Made by a program: the position numbers and the translations under genes. A stretch of DNA of 64,000 nt from Okamejei kenojei (Eukaryota): NCBI GenBank assembly GCA_035221665.1, contig CM069174.1, positions 8,122,001-8,186,000 on the forward strand, written 5' to 3'. The notes under the pieces are model-generated. The model worked only from the letters and a program-made list of their open reading frames with translations, ran no database searches and was not told where the DNA came from. Position 1 is the first letter of the stretch, and each line of letters begins with the position of its first letter. This document shows positions 24,766 to 38,342 of the stretch, one piece after another.

Positions 24766-26123
24766 GTATGTGCGATTTAGTAAACATCTGCATGCATCAA
24801 AATGTCAAGATGCATGCTGGTTGTTTTAGTAGTGTAGTTTGTCAAAGCATGTAGAGGATAGTGTTCAAAGCATGTGATTACTTGTGGATATACAAAAAAA
24901 AGCATAATGCTCTTCAGCTGGATCGAGAATAATTGCTTACGACTGTTGTATTCATCTGTACGATATTTTTTATAAATTCCAATTCAAGTTGTCCATTAAT
25001 ACATTTAATCTTTTGAATGACTGAGTATATGTGCATATGTACATTATATCCCTGCATTAATTTACATTGTGTGCTTCTGTCATGTAGGTACATGCGGTAC
25101 GAGGCCCAATCACAACTGATTTAATAACTAAAAAATATCAAATTCCAATTTATCACGGCATTCTGGAATTTTAAAATTGATCCTTGGTAAAGCCCCCAAG
25201 CTACCCATTTTCATCTAAATATAAATCAAGGGTTTTCTGTTCCTTTAACTTTAATTCTCAAATGTTCTTAAAAACAGAGAAGGCAAAGAAAAATAATGCG
25301 TGTGCCACAGAAGACCTATAGATTCATGGAGCCGCGCACATGGAAACGGGCACTTTGCCCCAACTTGTTCATGTCAACTGAGATGCTTATCTAAGCTAAT
25401 CTTGGTTGATCTATATCCTTCATAATCTTTCCTATCCATGTACCTCTCCAAATATTTAAAAAACGTTGTAATAGTACTTTCTTCTGCAATCTCTTCTAGC
25501 AGCTCATTCCATGTACCCTCCATCCCCAGTGGGGAAACAACTTGCCCCTCTGATCCTCTTAAAATCTTTCCCCTCCCACCTAAACCTGGGCCCTCTAGTT
25601 TTAAATTCCACTATCCTGAGAGAAAGACTGTGATTATCTATACCCCTCTTTAAGTTCACCCTCGGCTTCTGTCGTTCCAGGGAAAACAGTCCCTGTAAGT
25701 GTTCATTTTCCTATGTGCATTGTAATTCAGCATTATCCAAAGACTGCATTTTATCCAAAGGAATTGTAGCATATGTTGTGTAGCCAGCAAGCAGTGAGGT
25801 CTGGTATTTGATCTTGAAAGGAGTTGTGGGACACGTACTGATGGCATATTGCTGAGCATTGGCTGAGCTGAGTTCTGGTTTCAAAGGTTTGCTGACATTG
25901 CATTTTCATTGAATGCATTTCTATATATATTGATGATCTTGGGGACTACAATATTAAAGAGTATTTTGTGCCAGTGGTCACTTGTACATTTTAAAGACTT
26001 TATTTCCTCACCTACCCCTCCAGCATATCAAATTACCCCCATTTGAAAAGCGGCCTTAAAAGAGGGCACTAAGTACTGCTGCCTTTCATTACTTGTATCT
26101 ACCATAAATGTTTTATTTTCCAG

Positions 26124-28504
26124 GCAACCAGGGGTTGGTAACCCGCAAGGATTCCACCCGAGAGGCAAACCAGCTAATCAACAGCAACAGTGGCAGCAGC
26201 AGTTAATACAAAGGCTTCCTGGGCAGACCCGTTTCCAGCAACCTGAATCTTTGCATGTGAACAGGCCTGGAATGACAATGCAAATGAACAGCACAGCTGG
26301 GCTTAACCCTAGAATTGCCACTCAAATCACTTTTCAAAATGCACAACAACAAATTGTAGCTTCTCCAATTCCGGTGAGTCCTCAGTATATAGAACTGAGG
26401 CACAATTCCCAACGATTACCCATTGGTACCCAACTGGTACAGCGTGGTCCCCAGCCAAGACCACGCCTTCCATTACCAAATCAAGAAATTGGTTCATTTG
26501 TGCATCAAATGCAGGGGTGCAAGGTCATATCAAGAGGTCCAAGTACACCTTTGCCACAGTCACCAGTTGGGATAACGCTCTTACCCCAGCAGAATATTTC
26601 TGCCCCATTGCCATCTTCACCTCATTCGGTGGAAGTATCAAGTGCCCATCAGCACATCCAGACAAAAGATCCATTGGCATCTACAGTACAGGGTGAAGCA
26701 CAACAGACATTTCAGACTAGTTCATCGACTACAACGTCCACTTCAAGTTGCAGCACTGATGCCTTGAAGGATAACACGGTACCTTTTCCACTTAACTCTG
26801 TCTCATCCATCTCCAGTGTAGTCAGACAGCACACCGAGTTAGATCCTCGAAAGATCTCTTGCGATGATTCAGTTGGAAAAGCTTTGGATGAAGAACTTGA
26901 TTCACCGAAAGAGCTAGATGAAGAAGATGACCTTGCCAATTTGAGTCTTGACCCAGACAGTAAGACAGATGATGAACTTGGTAACCTTGATAACCTAGAA
27001 ACCAATGATCCCCACCTCGATGACCTTCTGAAATGTGAGGAATTTGATCTATTAGCTTATACTGACCCCGAGCTAGACACTGGTGACAAAAAGGACATAT
27101 TTACAGAACAACTGCGTTTAGTAGAATCTGCAAATGAGAAAGCAGAAGAAAATCAGGATATCCTAGCTGATCAGGATGCTGTTGGCCCAGCCGGTGAATG
27201 TACAACTGATAATATCAGCCACTCTGATACAGAAAAGACTGCGAAGGAAGAAGAGAATGAAAAAGCAAAAACTAAATCTGATATTGCAGATACTCTATCT
27301 ACTTCTGATAGGATTACTTGTGAGTCGGTGAATAATGTCAACTCTGAAACGATCACTAACAGTCAATGCAGTGATCCAACCACTAGGGCCCCGTCTACTG
27401 ATAATTCTCCAAAGCCTACTCTTGACTTGGTATTGAAGGTTGAAGAGAATGTTTCCCAAAATTCAGCTTGCCAGTTTGTTGCAAATACTTCAACGGCTCA
27501 GACAGTTCTGATAAAACCGGAAAGCCCACCGAAGGGGAATGATGAGAGAGGAGCCGTGTCAATGCTACTCAATCTGGGTACTGGACTTAACGTTAACACA
27601 AGTGTAGCACTGTGTCAGAGTTCTACATGTACTACCAGTGGAACACAGACATCTACTCAAAGTGGTACGGTTGTTTCAGGTAGTCATGGGACTCCACGGA
27701 TGCCTAACAATGAGCATTCTAATATGGATTTAGAAAGTGTTCCGTGCACATCTTCAACACAAATAATTTCCAAGTTGCCACTGGTCGTCCAGTCTCGACC
27801 ATCATTGGCTAAATTTGGACTTGATGAAATGTGTCAACATGTGCCCAGTATGGAACCGAAACGCCGGTCTGTGGATGACCTTGTCAAAGTGGAGAGCTCT
27901 TTGGAGGCAAGTGAACTTCCACTACTTCTCCATGATTTACTCGAACAAGAGAAAATGGAACTGCAGCAGCAGCAGCAGCAGCAGCAGTTGGGAGGATCAC
28001 AGTGTATATCTGCTCAACAGCAGCAGCATTCAGGACCAAAGGCCCACCTTCCAGTTCTGCATCAGCAGCAACAGCTTGAGGTTTCACATCAACCGACTCA
28101 TCCAGGGCTCTCCCAACATCTTCCAACAACACAGCAGTCGCAGCATCTAGAGGGGCCACCTCAGAATTTAAACCTGCCACAGCCACATATCCTAGGGGTG
28201 ATACAGCATCATCAGTTGGGGATCCCAAGATCCCTTGCATCTTCACAGCAGCAACAATTGACAGCATCACAGCAACGCCTTGGAGCCTCACCACATGTAG
28301 CCATGTCCCAACAGCAGCAGCATGTGGCAACAGGGCAACATCCAACACAGCAGATAGTGGCCTCACAGCAGGGTCAACATTTGACCTCACCGCAGTTATT
28401 GCCAACTCAGCAATTGGCTGTATCGCAAATGGGCATCATGCAGCAGACGCAGCAAGTTGTGATGCAACAGCAACAGTTAGCCAATGCTTTCTTCCCAGAT
28501 ACAG
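26124..28504 (+). CDS. KMT2D: KMT2D large exon (LETNDPHLDDLL...FDLLAYTDPELDTGDKKDIF; LANAFFPDT)
   Basis: ORF 26251-28536 frame extends to the ttccag acceptor; G|gtacag donor; conserved KMT2D blocks. Confidence 0.97.
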
Positions 28505-31500
28505 GTACAGTAGGTAATGAGCAAGCTTACAAATAATGTCAGCTTCTTTCTGATTGGCTGTTAATGGTGGCTGCACTGAATTAGTAATAGAAATGTCAAG
28601 CTCTGGTCTTCATGATTCCTTGTTCAGGTGGTCAGTAAAAATCCCATGTCACTGTGTCTTGGCTAATATTCCCCTTGGAATCAGCACCAAAAGTAGAGTG
28701 TAACCTATCATAGATCTCAAAGCTGTTTAAGGGATCTTGTGGTGCGCAAAATGCTGTTGCAATTACCATCACTGTGCTTCAAAGTAATGTACGTGAAGTG
28801 CTTTGAGACATTTCTGAGAGACGCGATAATGCGCTATGTTGAAGCAAGTGACTCTGTTTACTTATTTAATTTCAATTGCTGTTGTGCAGAAAGTAGGCTA
28901 GGATGGGCTTTTGTGTTCCTTTTTAAAACCTGTTTTGTTAACCTCCAACTATTCAAAATTCATTTGTGCTTTGCAATGCTATTTAATCACATTTCACATT
29001 ATTGTGTGAATGAAAATGATAGCATTGAATAATTTGAAGAAATTACCATTAACAAATGGAGGCAACAGATTTAAAAAGGAAACCTGCAAAATGTAAGAAA
29101 ATACACACATTAGCATCTTATCAGAGCTCTCCTTCTGGAATGACTTCGACTAACTGAATACACAAGTGGAGCTTGTGTGTATTCTGGATTCATTGCAGAT
29201 CAATCATAGTAATTCATTTGCTTCAATCCAGTTCATTTTTCATTCTTCTTCCTCCTCCACATACTATAGGAGAATTGCCTATTTTTGTATGCTCTCAGGA
29301 AACCATGTGTCATGTTTGCTCACAAAAAAAGTTACCGTGATGTTGCAGAAAGGTGATGCTTCGAATGATTGCCCTTGCAACATGTACTTCTCGGAACTGT
29401 TTCATCGTACCGCTTCCTTCTTTCCCAATTGTATATTCTGTACTCTTCATATCACGTGCTAGTCTAAAAAATGTTGACAGGCGTCTCCCTAAGGTCTAGG
29501 TTTGATTAGAGAGTGTTAAAACATTTTTGTTCTAGTTTGTTCAGGTTATTTATAGCATGTTTTTTTTTTAAAGTTCAATGGGCTAGCACAGAGTCAAAAC
29601 ACAATGTTGTCCCTTTCAGCTGCTGTTTGGAGAAGACGACATGTTCTTTAGTTTTCTTTTGGAGTGAAAAAGTTCAAAGTTTGATGCTTTGCAAAAAAGG
29701 TTCATCTATGGGATGTGCATATTGCCTCAGCTGGTCATATACATTGGGAGTTTTTTGGGGGATTTCAGTAACTTGTGATGAGGGACTGGTGTTTCCCTCT
29801 GATATTGGGTATCATGGAAGATGTTAACCTGAACTGGTGCTAATAGGAGTGTAGGCTGACGCTTGACCTGTGAGTTTCAGGCAGCAATGCTGCCACTAGG
29901 TTAATGGCATTATTCTTGTTCTTTAGACTATATGGCAACATCAGTGCTTCTATGACTGTGATTATGGGGGGAAAAGTGGTCAAAAATCGATGATAAACAC
30001 ATGAGTGAAGCAATAACTTTGAACCTTTATGCTCATCATACTGTTTTCAAAGTGACATGTGTTGGTTGCATCCTTCTCAGTGCCCGTGATAATGCAACAA
30101 AACAAAATTAACTCGGCGGTTTCATGAATGGGGGAGGACATCTGCCCCGATTCCTCCATCAGGCTAATCACATTTCCAGTCGACCATTCTCATTTGCAGA
30201 CTTTGGTGATTGTGGTATTGATGCTGGCTCCTTAAACATGCAGCAGTTATCATAAATGTTCATGTTCGGGAACTACTTCATGGCCAAGCAACCTTTTGTC
30301 TGCTAAACCTGATTAGAGGGCATATCATTAACCCTGGTCTCAATATCAAATCCATGGCTTTCAATGTATTGGTCCACAAACTGGTACCTGCATTTAATAT
30401 GACTTCCTTTAATATTATGATGGATATAGCTTCTCATTAATGAGGCAGATGTCGGGCAAATGGAAATTTGATTAAAACTAGAAGCTGACAGAAAATGAAT
30501 AGTTTTGCAGGGATGCATAGGAAAATAAAGCAGGATCCTTTGAGATCTCCTGTCCCTCGATCGAGCAGCTATGAAAAAGCCATTCATAACTGCAGTTCTT
30601 TGTTTGCAGCCCAGGTTTGCTTACAGGCTTCTGAACGATAATCCATTTCTAGACATCTCTCGATGATTATGGATTGCTGAATACTGCATGCGCATTGGAA
30701 CTTCCTGCAGGAATTTGCAGCCGCATTGAGATTATTCATCATTTCTGAAATGCATCTCCAGGGAGCTGTTACATAATGCAATATTTAGGGCACTATCATG
30801 TTAGCAGGACTGTCAGACGCAAGACAAACTGTGAGCATTGTGGACTTGAGAATGGGTTTGCTCCAGTTGCGAGGGAGTAGACATGTACTGCGTGTAGTTT
30901 GTTCAAAAATAAATGCACTGTACTAAACCTCAAATGTGCAGGATGTCACAAGTGGCAGATGTAGTGTAAGACATTTCCTGTTAGCATGTCGATGATTGTG
31001 GCGGATCTCTGTTTTTGGCTCTCAAGATACTATTCCTAAGATCGCCCACACAGTCCATAGGCAGGATAGGTAGGGAGCTCCAGTTTCCTCCCACAAGATG
31101 CGTGGTTAGGAGGTTAATTGACCCGAGTGTGTAGGTGAGTGATAGACTAGGTGAGGTGTGCGAGGGTGGGGCGGGGGAGGAGGTGTTGAGAATGTGGAGA
31201 GAATATAGAATAGGTTTAATTGAGGATTAGTGCTGATGGCAGTTGACGCTACGTATGGACTACTTTGGCTAAAAGGCTAGTGTCAGTTCTGTATTTCTTT
31301 CTATAATGCCATGTTAAGCAGATCTTGTTCTTCAGGATCTTGGCATCACTGGTAAGGCCAGCATTTATTGTTTGAACATAGTGGCTTACGAAGCCACTAT
31401 GTTCAAACATATATAGTCGTGTCTGGATGACAGCAGTCTTTGACCTGAAGCATTAACTGTTTTTCTTTTCCCACGTGCAGCCTGGCCAGCTGAGTGTTTC

Positions 31501-32116
31501 CAATATTTTTAGCTTTTACATCACCAGATTTCCTCCCTTGAAGGACATTGGTGGATCAGGTTTTTTTTGCCACAATCTAGTAGATTCATATTATTAAGAC
31601 TTACTGTATTGCTTCTCTCCCCTCCCCTCTACCTGGTCCCTCTTTTAAAAAAATAAATAAAAATTATACATCTTTAATTGATTTTAAATTCCACAAGTTC
31701 CATGCTAGGATTTAAATTCTGGTCTTTGGATTGTTAGTCCATGCCTCTGAGTTATTTGATGTAATTTAATGACCATGCTACTGCATAGTTCAATGTCCTC
31801 AAGGTCTGGACCATACGTAACTAACCCAAAACAATGTGCTTGACTCTTAACTGATCTTTAAAATGGTTGAGCAAACGGCTAAAATGTCACAAAATTAAAA
31901 ATAGGCCGCAAGTGATGCCTTCCGCAGTGTCCACTTCCAGTGAATTAATTTGAAAGAAAGCACATTGTAGGTAATTGAGGATGTTTTGGGCTGTTATTAG
32001 TTCTTGCACACATGGGCATTAGACACACTCATTTTCATCGACACGCATATTTCTGTTGGTTTTCTCCATATTACATGAGTTCGTAAATAGTTGTAAAGGT
32101 CAAACCAGGCTATATG

Positions 32117-33754
32117 CAGTGCCCTCCATAATGTTTTGGACAAAGACACATCATTTATTTATTTTTTCTCTGTACTCCACAATTTGAGATTTGTAATAGA
32201 AAAAAATCACATGTGGTTAAAGTGCACATTGTCAAATTTTAATAAAGGCCATTTTTATACATTTTGGTTTCACCATGTAGAAATTACAGAAGTGTCTATA
32301 CATAGTCACCCCATTTCAGGGCACCATAATGTTTGGGACACAGCAATGTCATGTAAATGAAAGTAGCCATATTTAGTATTTTGTTGCATATCCTTTGCAT
32401 GCAATGACTGCTTGAAGTCTGCGATTCATGGACATCACCAGTTGCTGGGTGTCTTTTCTGGTGGTGCTCTGCCAGGCCTGTATTGAAGCCATCTTTAGCT
32501 TATGCTCGTTTTGGGGGCTAGTCCCTTCAGTTTTCTCTTCAGCGTATAAAAGATATGCTCAATTGGGTTCAAATTGGGTGATTGACTTAGTCACTCAAGA
32601 ATTGACAATTTTTTTAGCTTTGACAAACTCCTTTGTTACTTTAGCAGTATGTTTGGGATCATTGTCTTGCTGTGGAATGAACTGCAGGCCAATGTGTTTT
32701 GAGGCATTTGTTTGACCTTGAGCAGATAGGATGTGTCTATACACTTCAGAATTCATTATGCTATGACCATCAGCAGTTGTATCATCAATGAAGATAAGTG
32801 AGCCAGTCCCTTCAGCAGCATTACATGCCCAGGCCATCACCGTGTTTCACTGATGAGGTGGTATACTTTGGATCTTGGGCAGTTCCTTCTATCCTCCATA
32901 CTTCGCTCTTGCCATCACTCTGATATATCACTCTGATGATATCTTCGTCTCACCTGTCCACAAGACCTTTTTCCAGAACCGTGGTTGCTCTTTTAAGTAC
33001 TTATTGGCAAACTGTAACTAGGCCATCCTATTTTTGCGGCTAACCAGTGGTTTGCATATTGCAGTGTAGCCTCTGTATTTCTGTTCATGAAGTCTGCTGC
33101 GGACAGTGGTCATTGACAAATCAACACCCGACTTCTGAAGAGTTTCCGATCTGTCGGACAGGTGTTTGGGGATTTTTCTTTATTCCATAGAGAATTCTTC
33201 TGTCGTCAGCTGTGGAGGTCTTCCTTGGCCTGCCAGTCCCTTTGCGATTAGTAACCTCACCAGTGCTCTCTTCTTAATGATGTTCCAAACAGTTGATTTT
33301 GGTAAGCCCAATGTTCGGCTGATGTCTCTAACAGTATTATTCTTGTTTCTCAGTCGCAGAATGGCTTCTTTGACTTTTATTGGCACAACTTTGGTCCTCA
33401 TGTTGATAAACAGCAATAAAAGTTTTCAACGGTGATGGAAAGACTGGAGGAAAGATTAGATGCTGTCTTATACCTGCATTAAGGAGGCACTTAAACACAC
33501 CTGAGCGATTACAAACGCCTGTGAAGCAAAATGTCCCAAGCATTATGGTGCCCTGAAATGGGGGGACTATGTATAAACACAGTTGTAATTTCTACATGGT
33601 GAAACCAAAACATTTCAAAATGGCCTTTAATAAAATCTGACAATGTGCACTTTAACCACATGTGATTTTTTTCTATTACAAATCTCAAATTGCGGAGTAC
33701 AGAGGCAAATAAATAAATGATGGGTCTTTGTCCCAAACATTATGGAGTGCACTG
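32117..33754 (-). mobile_element. Full-length degenerate Tc1 (IR/DR) transposon, same family as 617-2138
   Basis: Both TIR tips present (CAGTGCCCTCC...GGAGTGCACTG|TA); transposase fragments MRTKVVPIKVKEAILRL and QQDNDPKHT, with stops and frameshifts. Confidence 0.94.
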
Positions 33755-35814
33755 TAAATGATATACTGGAAAGATGTTTGTTAGCCTGGACGTTTCCCTA
33801 TATTGTGCAATATTCTTGTTTGAAATCAGCCTGGTAGGATGTGGAGAATGAGGAAAGGAGGTCTCTGGGAATGAGATGGACTTGGGGTGACTTGCTAGTT
33901 TTTGAAAGTTCAGAATTAAGCCACTGCTGCTTGGTATATTGGTATAGTCTTAAGACAAGGCAGATTATTTTCCTTTGAGATACAGATAAATGAACATCTA
34001 GCTTGGCTTAGAATCTGTAGTGATAAGTGTGTGTCTAGCAACTGTCATTTTACCTGGTCATGTCTAAATAATTTCCCTTTGCTTTTGCACTGCTTGACTG
34101 ATTCATTGACAGTTCTAATAACATTCAATAAAAAAGGAATGTTTATAGCAGAAGACAGGCAAGCATTTTACCCTATGTTCAAGGGGGGGAAGAAAAAGAG
34201 ATCAAGGGAATTGTAACATTTCTTCTGATACCTTGGCCTTTGAATTTCTGCACCAGGTCGGAGATTGTCAAATTCAGGATACTTTCTGCTTGCTGAAGTG
34301 GGACAGGCGATTCATCTTGTGTTAAGCACCACAGGTTTATTATGTTTCTGCTTGATTACTCTTTGAAATTCCTTTGGTGCTGGTCTGTTAAAACATGGCA
34401 CATAGGACACACGGCTAACTTCAACGTACTGTAAAATTCTCATCTCGTGATCGTCTTAGTCATGGCTTTCTAAATATTTTATCTACCAATTATTTTTTGT
34501 TAAATGCATTTCATGCTGGAATTGTTTTTGTTAGTAGTATTCTGTGTCTCTCAATTGATTAGGACTTTTCTGCCAATTAGCAAATGTTTAATTGATTGGG
34601 TTTTTAAAATTCTGTTCATTGTCAGTGAACCAAACTCTTGTTGAAAAATTGTAGAAAGAGGTGCACTTATTTTAATTAGGACAGTTATTCGAACATCTGA
34701 TGCGTTATTGGAAGAAATTCTGAGAGTCTAAATCACCTGCAGTCAGCATATATTTATTAAAGAAAGATCATGCCTGACTACCTTGAATTTTTTGAGGCAG
34801 TTATAAAGGTGGTCTTATTAATCACAATTCCTATAATAAAGATGGAGGTTCAGAGAATATTTTAGAATTTTCTTTACCCCCATTCAGTAGTTGTGCCAAT
34901 GGGATGAGCAGAGCCACTGACTCGCAGCTACAGCAACACTGATCCTGACCTCTGATGCTTTCTCTGTGGAGTTTACATGTTCTTCCTGTTTCCTCCCACA
35001 TTCCAAAGATGTGCCAATTGGTAGTTTAATTGGCTGCTGTAAATTGCTCCAAGCATTTGGTTAGTGGTCGAATCTTGGAGGAGTTGATGGGAATGTGGAG
35101 AGAATATAATATAGCTTTGGTGTAGGGGTTTGATAGTTGATATGGACTTTGTGGGCCACAGGGCCTGTTTTGGCCAGCGCCACTCTAGAAACTATAGCTC
35201 TAGAAATTGGAGATTTTGTCTGTCAGGGATATGGACTATTTGGTTTCCAATTACATTAAATGTTCTGTGCTTTTTGTTTCTGGAAAATTGCATAGTTTGC
35301 TGGCAAACTGACATCAAAGTACCTTTGCAAATTTCTTACCTATCATCATGTCTTGTTCAGGTGAGTTTAATGATACTCCATTTTTACAACCTCAGCTTTG
35401 CCATGTTTTTAACTTTATTTTCTCCCTGTCTGGTATTTGTAAGGCTTGTTTAAATAAAATATGTTTGTTCTGGCATTTTTGAGAGTAGTCCAATAGTTCA
35501 GTTTGCCACTTGGGACCCTACCAGTTAGAGCATTCTGTGATTCCGATCAAACCTTAAGATGCAGTCCAAAAACTCTCAGTCCTTTGATCTTGCATATGCC
35601 AATATTTCTATCATTTTGCCCAAGTACATGTGTGATCAATAGCCCATGTTTTGCATATTTACTGAAGCAAAACAGGCTGCTGGAGGTGACTGTCACAACT
35701 TGAAGTCCACCTTAGCCAATCCTATGCTGAAATTCCCTGTAACGATAATTTTGATAATTCAAGTGGCAGTTTCTCTTAACCTTTTTGTTGCACTCATTGT
35801 TACATCACATGTAT

Positions 35815-37050
35815 GTCGTCAAGTTGAGTTTATTGTCATATGCACATGTATGGTGGGATACAGATACAATGAAAATCTTGCTTGCAGCTGCATCACAGTC
35901 ACATAGACTCAGACAGCACACAACATAAATTATACATAAATTACTGACATTCTGCAAGACTGTATAACGACTGCAAAAAACAAGGCATCAGTGCAAGCAC
36001 ACAATTAGAAAACAAGCCCATGATAGTGCAAGAGGCGGTCCGTGGTGTAAGATTAGGGTTGCGCAGGTCAGTGCAAAAACCCGATGGCTGTAGGCAAGTA
36101 GCCTTCCTGAACCTGGTGATGTGGGACCCTGGGCTTCTGAACCTCTTACCAGATGAGAGCAGTGCCCTGTATAAATGCTTGCAATCGTGCGGTGGGCAAT
36201 GCCCTTTACGAATTGGGATGAATCTACCATCCGCTGCAGCCTTGTGCATTTGAATTGCTGTGGAATGGACCAGAGTTTAATGCAACCAGTTAGAGTCCTT
36301 TCTACAGTGCATCTGTTGGGAGTATTCCGTGGCGCGCCGCCTTCATGATTACATTTGTGTGCTGGGCGAAAGATGGGTCATCCGCGATATTAACAACCAG
36401 AAATTTGAACTCTCTCTACCAATGAAAATTGCACATGAACTCCCAACTTTCTGACGTCAACAATTAGTTCCTTGTTCCAGTGTTTCTGTCTGTCTCCTGC
36501 ATGCTGGCTCATCATATCCGTGATTCGGCCTATAGCAGTGTTGCCGTCAGTAAATTTGTAGATGGCATTGGCGTTGTGCTTAGCCACACGGTCATGGATG
36601 TGAAGAGATTAGAGCAGGTGGCTGAGTACACAGAGGTGTACCTTTGTTAGGAAGGCGGAGGAGAGGTTGTTTCCAATGCGCAGATTGAGGTCTGCAGATG
36701 TGGATCCAGTTGCAGTAGGAGGTACAGAGGCCCATGTCTTGGAGCTTATTGATAGAGTTTGAACAGGATAATTGTGTTGAACTGTAGCTGCAGTCGATGA
36801 ACAACAGCTTTACATTGTGTTCCTGATATCCAGATGGTCCAGAACAGAATGGAGAGCAGTGAGACGGCATTTGCTGTGACTCGTAGCGATTGGCAAATTG
36901 AAAGTGAGCCAGGTAATTTCTGAGGCAGGAATTAATTTGCACCATAGCCATCATCTCGAAGCATTTCATTTTGGTGATTGTAAGGCAGGTTATTATGCTC
37001 CTCTTGGTCATGGATGCCCTTCTGAAGCAGTTGGGAACCTCTGGCCGCAG
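35815..37050 (-). mobile_element. Decayed non-LTR retrotransposon RT (Rex1/Babar-like)
   Basis: Fragments MKCFEMMAM, FQFANR, KLLFIDCS, KLQDMGL...CNWI and YKFTDGNT resemble Rex1/L2-group RT motifs. Confidence 0.7.
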
Positions 37051-37950
37051 AAGCAAGCTGAATACAAGATTGTGGAGTCAAGAACATTTTGTTGATGCCA
37101 CCAAGCTTTGTGCTGAAGGAATCACGTGCAAAGGTGTTAATAGTAACTCGCATGAAGCATTTAATGATCATTACCCGATTTGCCCTTCCAGGAGAAATAT
37201 GTAGCGTTGTGTTTTTCATCAGAAAGTCTTGACTTGTTGATTATGTGAAATTGGTGCTCTGTTTGGATAATTCCTTAACAGTAAGAGCAGTTTCTCTTTC
37301 TGATCTTTTGTTGTCCATGAGACTTCTAATCTCCCAGGTCGTGACAACCAAGGATATGAATTTATTTTGACTGCTGGCATGAGTAGTCTGGTTGACTGCA
37401 TTTTTTGGGTAAGCTGTACACGGCATTTTTCAGAACCCATTGCCAATTGTTTTGATGCTTCTCCGTTGCCATTTACTTATCCATGCTACAGGCTATTGAG
37501 AAAGGAAAGAATAACAAAAGGCAGTGGGAAAAGTTAGCAATGTTTTTGTACAGTAATTTTGCAAAGAATCCAGTGGACAACCCGCAATCTCACCTCGGAT
37601 GGATTGGATCAACAGAGCGCCGCAACTCTCAAGAACATCTTCAGATTGATGGACAGCCCCAATGCCCACCACTCCCTTCAAAAGAGGCTGCCCTTTGTGT
37701 CATCGAGCACAAGAGGAAGCATTTTTGCCCGTATAATCTCATGTGTCTCTCTGGGAGATGGAATGCTACTCTCCTATTCATTCCCTGTATCCCCGCAAAT
37801 GTTGCATTTAAAAATACATATCCACTGAGTTTCAGTTGAATTCCTTTTAATCATATTTTCCAATTGTGCAATCCAGATCACGTATTTGTATTTAAAGGAA
37901 TTTTTCCACAATGCACTCTGAGTGTTTTGTTTTTGACTTAATGAGTCTTA

Positions 37951-38342
37951 AGGACCTGTCCCACTTAGGCTATTTTTTAGGCGACTAGGCTGCAGCCAGG
38001 GGTGTCGCCTGTATGGCCGTGAGTAGTCTCCTCAGTCGCCCAAAGAGTCGTAGCTGGTCATTGCTGGATTTTCAGCATGTTGAAAAGTTTTCAGACAGTC
38101 GTCGACAGTGGGTTTGACACCAATGAGCGTAGCTTGACTTCTCCTGACGCAGGTGCTGTCGTAGTTGTCGCCAGGTTAACGGAGGTTGTCGCCGGTGCTG
38201 ACTTCATTTTTTTTTTTTTTGTTGTTAAAGTAATGGTTCTATTTCAAATTTTATGTCGAAGGCGGGGTCCAGTCGCCGGGTTTTCGGCGACCTGCTACGA
38301 CTATGGCAGTCGCCTAAAAATAGCCAAAGTGGGACAGGCCCT
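37951..38342. mobile_element. PIF/Harbinger-like MITE
   Basis: TIR aggacctgtcccact / agtgggacaggccct; TTA TSD at 37948-37950 and 38343-38345; gtcgcc subterminal repeats. Confidence 0.85.
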
